Shown: positions 1 through 12,681 of the stretch, in pieces
Numbering within the stretch: position 1 is the stretch's first letter
Layout of the letters: the number at the start of each line of letters is the position of its first letter
NCBI GenBank assembly: GCA_014905635.1
Contig: JABVCE010000036.1
Location: 62,001 to 126,000 of the forward strand
Reading direction: 5' to 3'
DNA length: 64,000 bases
Source: Scenedesmus sp. PABB004
Taxonomy: Eukaryota
Translations under genes and position numbers: made by a program
Notes under the pieces: model-generated
Told to the model about the DNA's origin: nothing
Database searches by the model: none
The model's input: the letters and a program-made list of their open reading frames with translations, nothing else

Positions 1-3000
1 CCGCGCCGCCGCCGCGCCCGCCGCTCCCGGCGTCCGCGCTGGCGCTGGCCGCGCTGCGCTGGGCGCAGCTGGCGCAGCAGCTGCTGCCGCGCGAGCGCCT
101 GGCCTGGCTGCTGCACCCAGCCCACATGGCGCTCGTCGAGGCGGCCTGGCGGGCCGCGGCGGCCGCGGCGGGCGCGCCGGGGCCGGCGACGACGGCGCCG
201 GCAGCGCGGGCGGCGCCCTCACGCACGCTGGCGCACGCGGCGGCAGCGGTGGCAGCGGCGCGGCGGCCTTTTTCAGCGACGCCCAGGCTGCGGCGCTGCT
301 GCACGCGCTCGTGTCGTCGGACGCGGCGCTGCCGCTGCCGCTGCTGCAGCTGCTGCTGGAGCAGCTCGTCGGCGGCGGCGGCGCGGCGCGGCTGGCGCCC
401 TGCCACGCGGCGGGCGTCATGTGGGCGCTGGGGCGGCTGCACGAGCATCAGGACCTGGACGACGCGCCGGAGCTGGCGGCGCTGGTGAGGGCTCGCGCTG
501 CGCGGCCTGCGCTGGCAGCCCGGCCGCGCTGTTCGCGGTCACCGCCGGCTCGCGTTCTCCCACACTCCGCCGTGCCGCCCGCGCGCGCCGCAGGCCCGCG
601 CCTTTGCGTCGCAGCTGCTGGACGCGTGTGCCGTCCCGCTCGCGCCCGGTGCGGCGCCCCTGCCGGGCTGGAGCGCCGGCGACATGGCGGCTGCGGCGAC
701 GGGGCTCAGCCGGCTCTCGGACGCGCCGCCGGGGCTGTTCCTGCGCCACTGCGCGGCGCGGCTGGTCGACGCAGAGCTGCTGGCCGGCGCGCCCACGGCG
801 GCGCTGCTGCTGCTGGCCGAGGGGGCGGGGCGCTGGGCCGAGGCGGCGCGGGGCGGCGACGCTGCGGTGTCCGCGGCGGCGGTCGCGGCGGCGGCCGCGG
901 CCGCGCCTGGCGGCACGGCCACGGCCACGGCCGCCGCGCTGGCCGGCGCCGCGCCGCCCGAGCTGCTTGACGCCGTCGCCCAGGAGCTGGAGATACGGCT
1001 GACCCTGCAGCTGGCAGAGTGTGAGTCGCGCGGCGCGGCGCGGCGCGGCGCGGCGCCCCGGCCCGCGCGCTGCCAGCGCAGCCTCTTTAAACCCACCGCC
1101 GCGCGCGACGCTGCACCGGCGCGCGCAGGTGAAGCGCTGCTGCAGGGGCTGCTGGAGCAGCGCGCAGGCGGCGGCAGCAGTGCCGGCGACCGCCCGGCGC
1201 TGACCCCCAGCCAAGCGGCCGAGCTGCGGTCGCAGCTGGCCGCCGCCCAGGCCGACGCCACCTCGCAGCTGGCGCAGGCGGCGGCGGCGCTGCAGGCCGC
1301 GGTGCCCCCGGCGAGGCGCTCGCAGAGGGCGACGCCGACGCGGCCTGGGAGGAGGTGACGCGCCTGCGCGACGCCCGGCAGGAGGCGGAACAGCGGCTCG
1401 CGCTGCTGGAGCAGCTCACTGCCGTGGCGGCAGCGCTGCGCGGCGGCGACGCGAGCGAGCAAAGCGGCAGCGGCGTCAGCAGTGGGGCCAGCAACGGGGC
1501 GACGGCGGCAGCGGCGGCGGCGGCGGCGGTTGCGGCGGCGGCGGCGGTGGCGGCGGCGGCGCCAGCAGTGGGGCCGGCAACCGAGGCGACGGCAGCTCCA
1601 GCAGCGTTGGCGCCGGCCGTGGGCGAGTGTTCCGGGGGGTCCCTGAGACGTTCAGCTGCCAGCCGCTGGAGCTGTGCGTGTCGGCCAGCGACGCCGCGTC
1701 GGTGCTGTGGGCGCTGGGCGCGGCAGGCGTGCAGGTGCGCGGCGGCGGCGCGCCCGCGCCAGCGGCGTGCCCGCGCGGGGCGGGGCGCGTGCAGCGCTCG
1801 CGGCCCGCCGCGCCCACCGCCGCCGCCCCCACCGCCGCCGCCCCCACCGCCGCTCCCACGTCCCTGCCAGGTTGAGAGCTTCCTGTCGTCCTGCCTCCGC
1901 CTCTATGGCGACGCCTGGCCCTCCCTGCTCAGCCCCCGCCTCGCGGTGCGCCTGCTCCTCGCCCTCGCCGCGCTGCAGGAGCAGCCGCCGGAGGTGGTCA
2001 CGCAGGTGCGGCGCGCGGCGCGCGGGGGAGGGCGGCGCGCCGCGCCGCGCCGCAGCGCGCGCACGGCGTCTGCAGGCCGTCGCCGAGCGTCGCCGAGTGC
2101 CGCGCCCTTGCGTCCGCGGCGCAGGTGGTGGAGGCCTTCACGCCCGGCGGCGCCACCGCCTGGGTGCCCTGGCGCGTCACGCCGGAGCTGGCGCTGGGCC
2201 TGACGTCGGGCAGCGCCGCGCTGGGCTTTGAGCCGGGCGAGCCCGTCGCCTGGGCCTGGGCCAAGGCGGCCATCGCCTGCCAGCAGCTATACCCCGCAGA
2301 CGTGAGGCCAGCAGGGGCAGGGGCAGGGGGTGCTGGGCGCGGCGCGGGGCTGGGGCGCGGCGCCCCCGGGGCCGCGCGCGCGCGCGCGCGCTCTCACGCG
2401 GCGCGGCGGCGCAGGACATGGCCGCCCAGGCGGCGGCGCTCGCGGCGGCGGGCTACGGGCACAGCACCTTCACGCGCGCGACCGCGGAACTCGCGCCAGA
2501 GCTGCTCCCCGCCTGCAGCCCTGCCGGCCTCGCGGCGCTGGCGCAGGGCTTTGCGGGCTACGCCCTGCCCAGCGGGCAGCTCGAGCCGGCGCTGCTGGCC
2601 GCCGCGGCCGGCGCGCTGCGGGCGTTTGATGAGGCCCGGCTCGCGGCGCTGCTGGAGGGGCTGTGCGCGCGGCGCGGCCTCGACCTCGCGCCGCTGCTGG
2701 CCGCGGCCGAGGTGGGGGAGGGGGGAGTGGGGCGTGGCGCGAGCGCAGGCGCGGCGCGGGTGCTGCTGGGCAGCGCGCGCGCGCGCGCGCCGCCCGCCGC
2801 CCACGCGCGGCCGGCCGCCCCGCGCGCAGGGGCTGCTGCTGGGGGCGCCGGCGCTGCGAGGGGGCAGCCTGGCGGCGCTGCGGCTGGCGCAGGCGCTGCC
2901 GCTGAGCAGCGACGCGGCGGGCGCCGCCCGGCTGGCGCTGCTGCTGCTCCCAGGGCTGGCGGGCGTGCCCGGTCTGCTGCCGGCTGATGAGCTGTACGGC

Positions 3001-3785
3001 CTGGTGCAGGTGTGTGGGTGAGGGACCCTGGCCGGCAGCACCGACGCAGCGCAGCAGCGCCCGCGCTGCCACGGAGCGCCGACGCCGCCGCCGGCGCCGC
3101 GCAGGGTCTGGCTGTGGCGGCGCGGGGGGGCCTCGACCCGCGCAAGGCGCCCACGCTGCTGCAGCAGCTGGCGGCCGCGGTGCTGCGCTGCGCGCCCGAG
3201 CTCTCCACGGCCGCGCTGCTGGACACAGCGGAGGCCCTGCTGCACCTGGGCGACGCGGCAGGCGCTGGCGACCGCGCAGGCAGCTGGTGGCTGCAGCAGC
3301 GCGCACGCCTGGTGGCGGTGGTGGCCCGCCGTGTTGCCGCAGGCGGGCTCGCGCAGCCCAGCGGCGCCACGGTGGCCCTGAGCGTGCTGCAGCAGCAGGC
3401 GCCCTACCCTGGCAGGGCGCTGGCGCTCATCGCGGGCGCGCTCCCAGAGCAGCAGAGCGGCGACGGGCAGCTGGCGGCGGCCATCCCAGCAGCCCTGGCG
3501 GCGGCGCAGGCCGCCCTGCCGCACATGGCCCCTGACGCCATCGCGCAGCTGCTGGTGGCGCTCGCGGCGCTGGCGCGGCGGCGGGGCGCGGCGCCGCTGG
3601 CGGCGGCGGTGGCGCCCGGCGACGGCGGCGCGGCCGCGCTGGCCGGCCTGGCGCTGCGCGAGCTGGCCGCGCCGCCCCGCCGCGCCGCGCTGCGCGCCGC
3701 GCCGGCGCTGGCCGAGTCTGTTGCTGCGGCGTGCGCGGAGCTGGGTTTGCCGCGCGAGGCGCTGGACCGGCTGCGGCGCATGTGA
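1..3785 (+). CDS. 5'-truncated multi-exon Ala/Leu-rich helical-repeat protein (OPR/FASTK-like repeats possible), function unknown
   Basis: Spliceable exons with coding-like codon use and repeated helical motifs (AGVMWALGRL, ASVLWALGAAG, LAALAQGFAGY, MAPDAIAQLLVALAAL). Ends ...ALDRLRRM-TGA at 3785, with TGTAA at ~3819. Confidence 0.6.
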
Positions 3786-4172
3786 CGGCGAGAGCCCGGC
3801 GCGGCGCGCGGGCGCGCGTGTAACCTTGCGCTGTGACGCGGCGGGGCTCCGACCGCCGCGCCTTCCCCCCCGCTGGTGCTGCGTGCTGCTCCAGTGGCTT
3901 CCTGCTGCTGATTCCTGCTGCGCGTGGGAGCCCTTGCTGGAGGCGAGAGGGCACGCAGTCCGGCGCGTGCGGGGGCGAGGTTTTCATCAAACGTGCGCGC
4001 GCGTTGCGCGCAGCTCAGGGGCGGGCCCGGGTGGTCGTTTTTGTCGATTTTCGGGGGTGGCATGGGTGCAGTTTTTGGGGTGTTTTGCGGGGTGAAAAAA
4101 TGCCGTCCTGCGAAGGAAAGTTTTTGACATTTGGCGTTTATATTGCTACGTGAGTGTTCGAGTGATGTCACC

Positions 4173-4246
4173 GCCCTCATAGCTCAGTTGGTTAGAGCGC
4201 CTCTTTAGTAAGGAGGAGGTCGGCCGTTCGACTCGGTCTGAGGGCA
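4173..4246 (+). tRNA. trnT-AGT: tRNA-Thr (anticodon AGT)
   Basis: Acceptor stem GCCCTCA/TGAGGGC, D-arm TAGCTCAGTTGGTTAGAGC, anticodon arm CCTCT-TTAGTAA-GGAGG, T-loop GTTCGA, followed by a TTTT Pol III terminator. Confidence 0.95.
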
Positions 4247-5001
4247 ATGAACTTTTCGCCACGTTGCCACGATTTTTGGTGCCCTTTTAGCACCCAAAAT
4301 GATCAATATCTTCCCCGACGCGTGGGGAGCCACGCGGGGCGGACGGGCGCCGCGGTGCGCTGTTGCCGCCGCCGCCGCCGCTGCTGCCCCCCGACTGCGT
4401 TCGCTGGCGACGCTGTTGCGCCCGGATGGCCCGCCGGGCTGTGCGGGCGCTGACGGAGCGCGCGGTCTGAGGCGGAGGCAGAGGCGGAGGCGGAGGCTGG
4501 GCGCCCCGAGGCCGGTCAACGGCGCGCAGCGGCGGCGTCGTGACGCCGCCGCCGCCAGCCCCCTTGCCTCCGCCCGGCGCCCCAGCGCTGCTCGGCGCTG
4601 GGGCTGCTCGGCGCTGGGGCGTGGCGCCGGGGCGTCGGGCGGGGGCGATTGATCGCGTGGCGCCGGGGCGCCGGGCGGAGGCAAGGGGGCTGGCGGCGGC
4701 GGCGTCACGACGCCGCCGCTGCGCGCCGTTGACCGGCCTCGGGGCGCCCAGCCTCCGCCTCCGCCTCTGCCTCCGCCTCAGACCGCGCGCTCCGTCAGCG
4801 CCCGCACAGCCCGGCGGGCCATCCGGGCGCAACAGCGTCGCCAGCGAACGCAGTCGGGGGGCAGCAGCGGCGGCGGCGGCGGCAACAGCGCACCGCGGCG
4901 CCCGTCCGCCCCGCGTGGCTCCCCACGCGTCGGGGAAGATATTGATCATTTTGGGTGCTAAAAGGGCACCAAAAATCGTGGCAACGTGGCAAAAAGTTCA
5001 T

Positions 5002-5075
5002 TGCCCTCAGACCGAGTCGAACGGCCGACCTCCTCCTTACTAAAGAGGCGCTCTAACCAACTGAGCTATGAGGGC
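5002..5075 (-). tRNA. trnT-AGT: tRNA-Thr (anticodon AGT), second copy in the right palindrome arm
   Basis: Exact reverse complement of 4173-4246, with a T-run terminator at 4991-4995. Confidence 0.95.
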
Positions 5076-5426
5076 GGTGACATCACTCGAACTCTCACGT
5101 AGCAATATAAACGCCAAATGTCAAAAACTTTCCTTCGCAGGACGGCCCCGCAAAACACCCCAAAAAATCGACAAAAACGACCACCCGGGCCCACCCCTGA
5201 GCTGCGCGCAACGCGCGCGCACGTTTGATGAAAACATCGCCCCCGCACGCGCCGGACTGCGTGCCCTCTCGCCTCCAGCAAGGGCTCCCACGCGCAGCAG
5301 CAAGAATCAGCAGCAGGAAGCAACTGGAGCAGCACGCAGCACCAGCGGGGGGGGGGGGGGGGGAGCCCCGCCGCGTCACAGCGCAAGGTTACACGCGCGC
5401 CCGCGCGCCGCGCCGGGCTCTCGCCG

Positions 5427-5691
5427 TCACATGCGCCGCAGCCGGTCCAGCGCCTCGCGCGGCAAACCCAGCTCCGCGCACGCCGCAGCAACAGACTCGG
5501 CCAGCGCCGGCGCGGCGCGCAGCGCGGCGCGGCGGGGCGGCGCGGCCAGCTCGCGCAGCGCCAGGCCGGCCAGCGTGGCCGCGCCGCCGTCGCCGGGCGC
5601 CACCGCCGCCGCCAGCGGCGCCACGCCCCGCCGCCGCGCCAGCGCCGCGAGCGGCGATGTGCGGCAGGGCTCCTCGGCTTGCCGGCCGCAT
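5427..5691 (-). pseudogene. Chimeric gene fragment: meckelin start (ATG CGG CCG GC) joined to a duplicated, internally deleted 3' end of the first gene
   Basis: CAT at 5689-5691 lies in the meckelin-derived copy, followed by a 10-bp filler (5671-5680). The duplicated C-terminus ...LPREALDRLRRM* is out of frame with that ATG. Confidence 0.6.
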
Positions 5692-6303
5692 GGTGGGCAG
5701 CTGTCGGTCGTGCGTCGCCGGCAGGGGTCGTGCTGCGGCGTGCCCGCATGCGCAGCGGATCGCCGCCGGGCGCGGGCGGGCGGCGGGGCGGCGGAGATGG
5801 CGCGCGCGGCGCGGGGCGCGAGGCGGGGCGGGGGGCGGGCCGCGGCAGCGCTCCGGCGTGGCGCCTGGGTCGGGCACACTGAAGAGCACGCGGAGCGGCC
5901 GCCGGGCGCGCCGGAGCTGAAGGGGCGCAGGTTCGAGCGTCACGACTGAGCCGTCACGCGGCGCTCGATTTGCTGTAAGCGCTGATTGGGCGCCGGGGCT
6001 AGCCGGCTCGGCGTTGGACTTGCAACGCCGCTTCTGGCGCCGGCAACGCGCCGCAGCCCGCCGCGCCCGCTGCTCCGCGCTCCGCGCTCCGCGCTGGCCG
6101 ACCGCGCTCGGCGCACGGGGGACCGCCGTGCGGCTGCGTCCACAACCGGCAGCTGCTGGGAGCAGCAGGCCAGCGCGTGCGCCGCCGCCGCCGCCGCCGC
6201 TCGCCGCCGCGGGCGGCCGCGCACGGCGGCAGGCGAGCGGGCGGCGGTTGGGTTTTGCCGGCGCCGCGCGACCACGCCGCGCCGTTGGTGTGGCGCAGTC
6301 GCT
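5681..6303. repeat. Diverged inverted copy of 21089-21712 (meckelin upstream region and first codons)
   Basis: Long colinear reverse-complement matches, e.g. gtcacgactgagccgtcacgcggc and gctgcgtccacaaccggcagctgctgggagcagcaggccagcgcgtgcgcc, with scattered substitutions and indels. Confidence 0.92.
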
Positions 6304-6469
6304 CCGGCACTGACAGAGCCGGTCCGACCCGCGTCCGCCGACCGCGAGCAGCGCGCCCGCCGCCGCTGCCGCGCCCGCCTCCGGCTGGCGCTCGCCCTCC
6401 TCCCGCGCTCCGCTGCAGCCCGTCCGGCGGTGTCGCATGTCCTGAGCCTCGTGTGCGCCACCACGCGCG

Positions 6470-7059
6470 ATGCTGGCCCGCAAGGACACCTACGCGAGCA
6501 GCCAGGGCGATGAGGAGCCGGATGGCGAGCCCGAGCACAGCGCGCGGTCCAGCACGGCGCTCAACCTCACAGGGGCCTCCATCAGGGACAGCTCCTTCCC
6601 CGGCGAGCATGGCGACGCAGGTGCGGCGCAGTGAGAATAAGCGGCGGCAGCAGCAGCGGCGGCGGCAGCAGCGGCGGCAGCAGCGGCGGCAGCAGCGGCA
6701 GCTGCGGCAGCAGCGGCAGCAGCGCCAGGGCCAGCGGCGGCATGCTGCGCAGCAGTGGCCGGACCGCGGTTGCGCGGCGGGCGCGCGCCGCACCGCACGT
6801 CACGCCGCACCGCACGTCACGCCCGGGCGCCGCAGCGCCGCGCGGCGCGCCGTCGATCGTGCTGCCGCACCAGGAGGCGAGCTACGTGCGCCACATCGCG
6901 CTCGACATCGGCGGCAGGCGCGGCCCGCGCGAGGGGCCTGGGGGGGGGGCGGGGGGGGGGCCCGAGGGAGACGGGGGCGCTGCGTGCGCGGCGGCGCCCG
7001 CGCAGCCCGCCGCGCGGCTGCGAGCGCGCCGCGCAAGTGGCGTGCACGGCGGTCGCCGA

Positions 7060-7090
<31 letters not shown>

Positions 7091-7348
7091 CGTCCCCCGT
7101 CCCCCGTCCCCCGTCCCTCGTCCCCCGTCCCCCGTCCTGCGCCGCAGCCTGATCAAGCTCGTGTACTTCAGCCCAGACGCGGCCGAGCCCGGCGAGACGG
7201 CCGGCCCCGCGCCCGGCGCCGCGCCGCGCGCGAGCCACGGCCACCACCACAAGGGCGGTGCGTCGCGCCGCGCCCCCGCGCCCCGCGCGCGCGCTCCCAC
7301 GCCGCGCGCCGCCTCACCCGCACCCCCCCCCACCCCCACCCCCCCCAC

Positions 7349-7428
<80 letters not shown>

Positions 7429-10400
7429 CGCCGCCGCCGCCGCCGCCGCGCCTCCGCCGTCGCCGCCGCTCGGCTGCGCCGCCCCGCCAGGCCGCATGCA
7501 CTTTGTCAAGTTTGAGACCGCGCGGCTGGGCGACTGCCTGGACTTCATACAGGCCAAGGGCCTGCACCGCTGCATGCTGCGCGACGGCAGCAGCAGGGAG
7601 GTGCGCGTCAAGGCGACCGGCGGCGGCGCAATCCGCTTCGCGGGTGAGGCTGCCGCGCCGCGCGGCAGCGGCGCGCCGCCGCGGCGCGGCCCCCGCGCCG
7701 CGCGCGCCCGCTGCGAGCCCCGCACCCGCACCTGCGCCGCCGCCGCCGCGCCGCCGCCGCCGCCGCGCCGCCGCCGCCGCCGCCGGCCAGAGGTCTTCAA
7801 GGAGCGCCTGGGTCTGGTGCTGGAGCGTGAGGACGAGATCGGCTGCGCGGTGGGGGGGTGCAACTTCCTGCTGCGCACCATCACGCACGAGGCGTTTGCG
7901 TTCGAGGCGGGGCAGGCCCAGTTCGTGCCCACCAGCTGTGAGCGCGCTCGCGCGGCGCGGCCTGCCGCCTGCCGCCCCTTCCCTCCCTCTCTCCCTCTCC
8001 TTCTCTCCCTCTCCTTCTCTCCCCCTCGCGTGCCCTCCCTCCCTCCCTCCCTCCCTCCCTCGCCCTCTCTCCCTCGCACCTCACTCACCCCCCCCCCACA
8101 CACACACGCACCCCCCCCTCAACCCTCAACCCCCCCCCCCCCAGCGTGCGAGGGCGCGCTGTTCCCCTACCTGCTGGTCAACATCGGCAGCGGCGTGTCC
8201 ATCATCCGCGTCGACGGCCCCGGCGAGGGCCAGCACACGCGCGTGAGCGGGTCGAGCGTCGGCGGCGGGACGTTCTGGGGCCTCTGCCGCCTCCTCACGG
8301 GGCGCCGCGACTTTGACGAGATGCTGGAGCTCAGCATGCAGGGAAACAACGCAAACGTGCGCGGGCCACGGGCGCGCGCGCGCCGCGGCGGCACGGGGGC
8401 GCGCGCCGCGCCGCGCCGCGCCGTCGTCGCCGCGCGCCGCTGCCGCGCCCTCGCCTCTCCCCCCCGTGGCGCCCTCCCCTCCCCCGCCACCACCGCCGCC
8501 ATCTCACACCGCAATCACACACACACACACACACACACACCCAATCCCCCCCCCCCCGTTGGCAGGTGGACATGCTCGTCGGCGACATCTACGGCGGGCG
8601 CGACTACAGCAGCATCGGGCTGTCGGCCAGCACCATCGCCTGCTCCTTTGGCAAGGTGGTGGGCCAGGACCGGGAGCTGGACGACTACAACCCAGCGGGT
8701 GTGTGTGTTTGGGGGGGGGGGGGAGGGGAGGGTGTGTTTGTGTTTGGGGGGGGGGGTGCAGGGGTGCAGGGGGGCGGCCGCCCCCGCGCCGCCGCCGCCG
8801 CCGCCGCCGCACGGGGCCTCGCTCCCGCTCCCGCCCGCGCTCGCCCCTCGGCCGCCGCGCGCCTCTCCCCTCCCCCCACCCACCCCTTTCCAACACCCCC
8901 CCCCCTTTTCCGTCACCCACGCGCCGCGCCAGACGTCGCGATGAGCCTGTGCCGCATGGTCGCGTACAACATCGGCCAGCTCGCCTACATGCACGCCAAG
9001 CGCTACGCCCTCACGCGCGTCTTCTTCGGCGGCTTCTTCATTCGCGGCCACCCATACACCATGGAGACCATCAGCTTTGCTATCAAGTTCTGGTCACAGG
9101 CGCGCGGGCTGTGTGTGTGTGTGGGGGGGGGGGGGCGGCGGGCGGCGGCGGCGGCGGCGCGCGCCGCGGGGGCTGGGGCGGCGGGGCGGTGTGGCGCGGC
9201 GCGGCGCGGCTGAGACGGCGCGCGCGCCGCGCCGCGCCGTGCTGACCAGGGCGAGATGTCTGCCCTGTTCCTGCGCCACGAGGGCTTCCTGGGCGCGGTG
9301 GGCGCGTTCCTGAAGGTCCACCCCATGGCCCTGCCCGGCGGCAGCGGCGCAGCGTGGGCGCGCGGCGGCCGCGCCGCGCCCGGCGCGAGCGCCGGCGACG
9401 CCGGCGCGGACGCGGGCGGCGCCGGCGGCGAGCGCGGCGCCGCGGCCGCGCGCGGGCTGGCCAACAGCGCGAGCACCAAGGTGGGCGTGGGGGGAGGGGG
9501 CGCGCGCGCGCGCGCGCGCCGCCCGGCCCTCGCCCTGCGCCCCCGCCGCGCCCTGCCCCGCCCACCCTCCACGCACCCCAGCCCTCCTCACCCCTTCACG
9601 CCCCCTCCCCCTCACGCCCCTCCACCCCCTCACGCCCCCTCACGCCCCCTCACGCCCCCCCCCACAACACCCCCACAGGTGCGCGCGCGGTTCGTCGAGC
9701 GCTTCAGCATGGGCGCGCCCTTTGCGGGCGGCGAGGTGCACGGCCCCGCCATACGGGACATGACCGACCGCGTGAGCTGGGTCGAAAAGTTTGTCGCCGT
9801 CGGCTGCCAGGCCGCGGCGGCGCAGCAGGCGCAGGCCGCGGCCGCGGCCGCGCGCGAGGCCGGCGGCGCGCCCGACCGCGGCGGCGCGCGCGGCGCGCGC
9901 CTCTCGTCGACCGGCGGCGCCGCGGGCGGCGGCGGCGGCGCGGCGGCGGCGGCGGCCGCGCGGGCCTCCCGCCGGCGCTGGACCGCAGCCTGAGCGTGCC
10001 GGTCGGCGTGGAGGGCCCGGGCGGCGTGGGGCAGCCGCCGTCGCCGACGTACCTGCCCACGCGCATCCCGCTGCACGTCGGCGTGCTGCACTACAGCCCC
10101 ACCCAGGAGCCCTTCCCGCTGCTCGCAGACCCCGCGAGGCACGCGTGGCGCCGCAGCGCCGCCCACGCGCCGCCGCGCACGCGCACGCGCACGCGCACGC
10201 GCACGCCGCGCCGGGCGCCGCCGCGCGCGCCGTCCGACACGCCGCCCCCGCCGCTCCCGCGCCGCGGCGCCCCCTGCCCGCCCTCCCTCCTAAACCCTCG
10301 CGCTGGCGCGGGGCGCAGCTACACGCCCAACACCATCGACATCAACACCGACGACGCAGAGTACACGTGGCTGCTGCAGGTGCTGGAGGACCAGGTGGGT

Positions 10401-12645
10401 GACGACGCACAGCGCGGCACAGCGCGGGAGCGGGGGCGCGGGGCACGGGGGGCGCGGGGCGCGGGCCCCGGGCGCGGCGGCTGGGGGCGCGGCGGCGCCG
10501 CCGCGCGCCCTGACCGCCGCGCGCCCTGACCGCCGCGCGCCCTGGCCGCCGCGCGCCCCGGCCTGACCGCCGCGCCCTGCGGCCGCCGCTGGCCCAGGTG
10601 CCGACCGTGGTCGAGAAGGCGATCAAGAGCGAGGGCGGCGGCGACGCGCCGCGCCGCCGCGCCGCCGCGTTTGGCCGCGCGTTTGCCGCGCACCTGCAGA
10701 AGCTGCGCCAGGCGCGGCGCGGGGCGCGCCGCGGCGGCGCGCCGCAGCAGCAGCCGGGGCGCCGCCCTCCTCCCCCCTCGCCGCGCCGCGCGCCGCCCCC
10801 CGTGACCCGCACTGCGCCGCCGCCCTGCCTGCCCTCCCCCTCCCCCTGTCAGGACCCTGGCGCGTACGGGCAGCTGGGGCTGAGCGACCTGTTTGAGATG
10901 CGCGAGGAGTGCCTGCGCGAGTTTGGGTTCAGTGACGTCTACGGCCCAGACAAGGCGGCCGAGAACGGCGTCGCGCTGCAGGCACGGAGGGCGGGCGGAC
11001 AGCTGGGCCGCGGCGGCGGCCGGCGTGGGCACGCGCCCGTGTGCCTGGCCGCGCGCCCGGCGGCTGGCGCCCCGCGCCCGCCTGCCTGAGCGCGCCGCGC
11101 TGCGGCGGCCGCCCGCGCAGGTCCTGCCCGACCTGCTGACCGAGCTGGACGGCATGGGCGAGCGCGAGCGCCTGCTGTCGCTGGTGCAGGTGCGCGCGTC
11201 CGCGCGCCCGGCGGCCGCACGCCCTCTGCGCCGCCCACCGCGCGCGCTCCACGCCCTCCGCCGCCGCCGCCGCCGCCGCTCAACCCTGTCAGGGCATCCT
11301 GGCTGCAAACATCTTTGACTGGGGCGCCAAGGCCTGTGTGGAGCTGTACACCAACGGCACCATACTGGACATCTACAGAGAGGTGTGGACGATGCGCCGC
11401 ATGCCTGCGCACCGCCCGCCCGCCCGCCCGCCCGCCCGCCGCCCGCCCGCCCGCCCCGCCCGCCGCGCCGCCCGCCCGCCCGCCCGCCCGCCAGCTCGCC
11501 AGCTCGCCCGCCCGCCAGCCCGCCCGCCGACCAGCCCGCCCGCCCGCCCGCTCACCTTCCCGCCCGCCGCCTCGCCCGCGCGCCCGCCCGCGCGCCGCCG
11601 CCAGGCGCGGCGGCGGCTGAGCAAGCGCCCGTGGCGCGTCGACGACTTTGACGCGTTTGCGGCGCGCGTGCACGGCGCGCCCGCGCCCGGCAGCGCGCCG
11701 GGGCAGCAAGGCGCCGCGGCGGCGCAGCAGACGCCGGGCGAGGCGCAGGTCGGCGCGCGCATGGCGGGCCTCGCGCTCGCCGCGGCCGCGGCGCAGGCGC
11801 AGCAGCGCCAGCTCGACGGCGGCGGCGGCGCGCCGCCGCCGGGCGGCCCCTTTGCCGGCGGAGGCGCGGCGGCGCCGCCCGGCGCCGGCCCCGCGGCGCC
11901 CGGCGCCGCCGACGACGGCGCCGCCGCCGACGGCGGCGGCGGCGGCGCCGGCGGCGGGTCGCGGCCGCCGTTCCGCCGCGTGATGGTGTTTGTTGACAAT
12001 GCGGGCGCCGACATCGTGCTGGGCATGCTGCCGTTTGTGCGCGAGATGCTGCGCCTGGGGTGCGAGGTGGTCATGGTCGCCAACAGCCTGCCGGCGATCA
12101 ACGACATCACCGCCGCGGAGCTGCGCAGGTGCGGGGCGCGGCCGCGGACGCGCGGCGCGGCGGCAGCGGCGGCGGCGGCGGCTGGTGGGCCAGGGGCGCG
12201 GCCGCAGCGTGGGCGGGGCGGCGGGGCGCGCGCCCCGCGCCGCAGACGCAGACGCCGCGCCGCGCCGCCCTGCATGCCCCGCGCGCCGCCGCCGCAGCCT
12301 GCTGAGCGAGGCGGCGGAGGTGTGCCCCATCATCAAGGCGGCGCGGCGCGCGGCGCTCGCGCACGAGGCGCCCAGCGGCGGCCGCGGCGCGGGGCTGGTG
12401 GGCGGGCCGACGATCCCGCCCTATCCGGGCCTGCGCCAGCGCCAGTCCAGCGCGCACGATCTGCAGGCGCTCGCGAGCGCCAGCAGCGCGGGCAGCGCCG
12501 CCGCGGGGCGGCCCATCGCCGCCGCCGCCGGCAGCCCCCTGCCGGGCGGCGGCACCGCGTGCTGCAGCGGCAGCAGCGGCGTCGGCGCGTTTGGCAGCCC
12601 GCTCAGCAGCATGGACGGCGCGGCGGCGCTGCCGGCGGCGGCCAT

Positions 12646-12681
<36 letters not shown>

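Larger units (their letters stand above)
3513..5670. repeat. Large inverted repeat/palindrome: arms ~3513-4583 and ~4665-5670, spacer ~81 bp
   Basis: The right arm is the reverse complement of the left, centred near 4624. The ORF track shows mirror ORFs (4247..4453+ / 4795..5001-). Each arm contains the 3' end of the first gene and a tRNA. Confidence 0.97.

Noticed and set aside
4272..4300. Small stem-loop downstream of the tRNA (ATTTTTGGTGC...GCACCCAAAAT)
   Set aside because: Short, imperfect and beyond the Pol III terminator. Not enough to call an RNA element.
3513..5670. Palindrome as a transposon (MITE/foldback) with terminal inverted repeats
   Set aside because: The arms consist of host gene tail and tRNA. 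No transposase or target-site duplication was seen.
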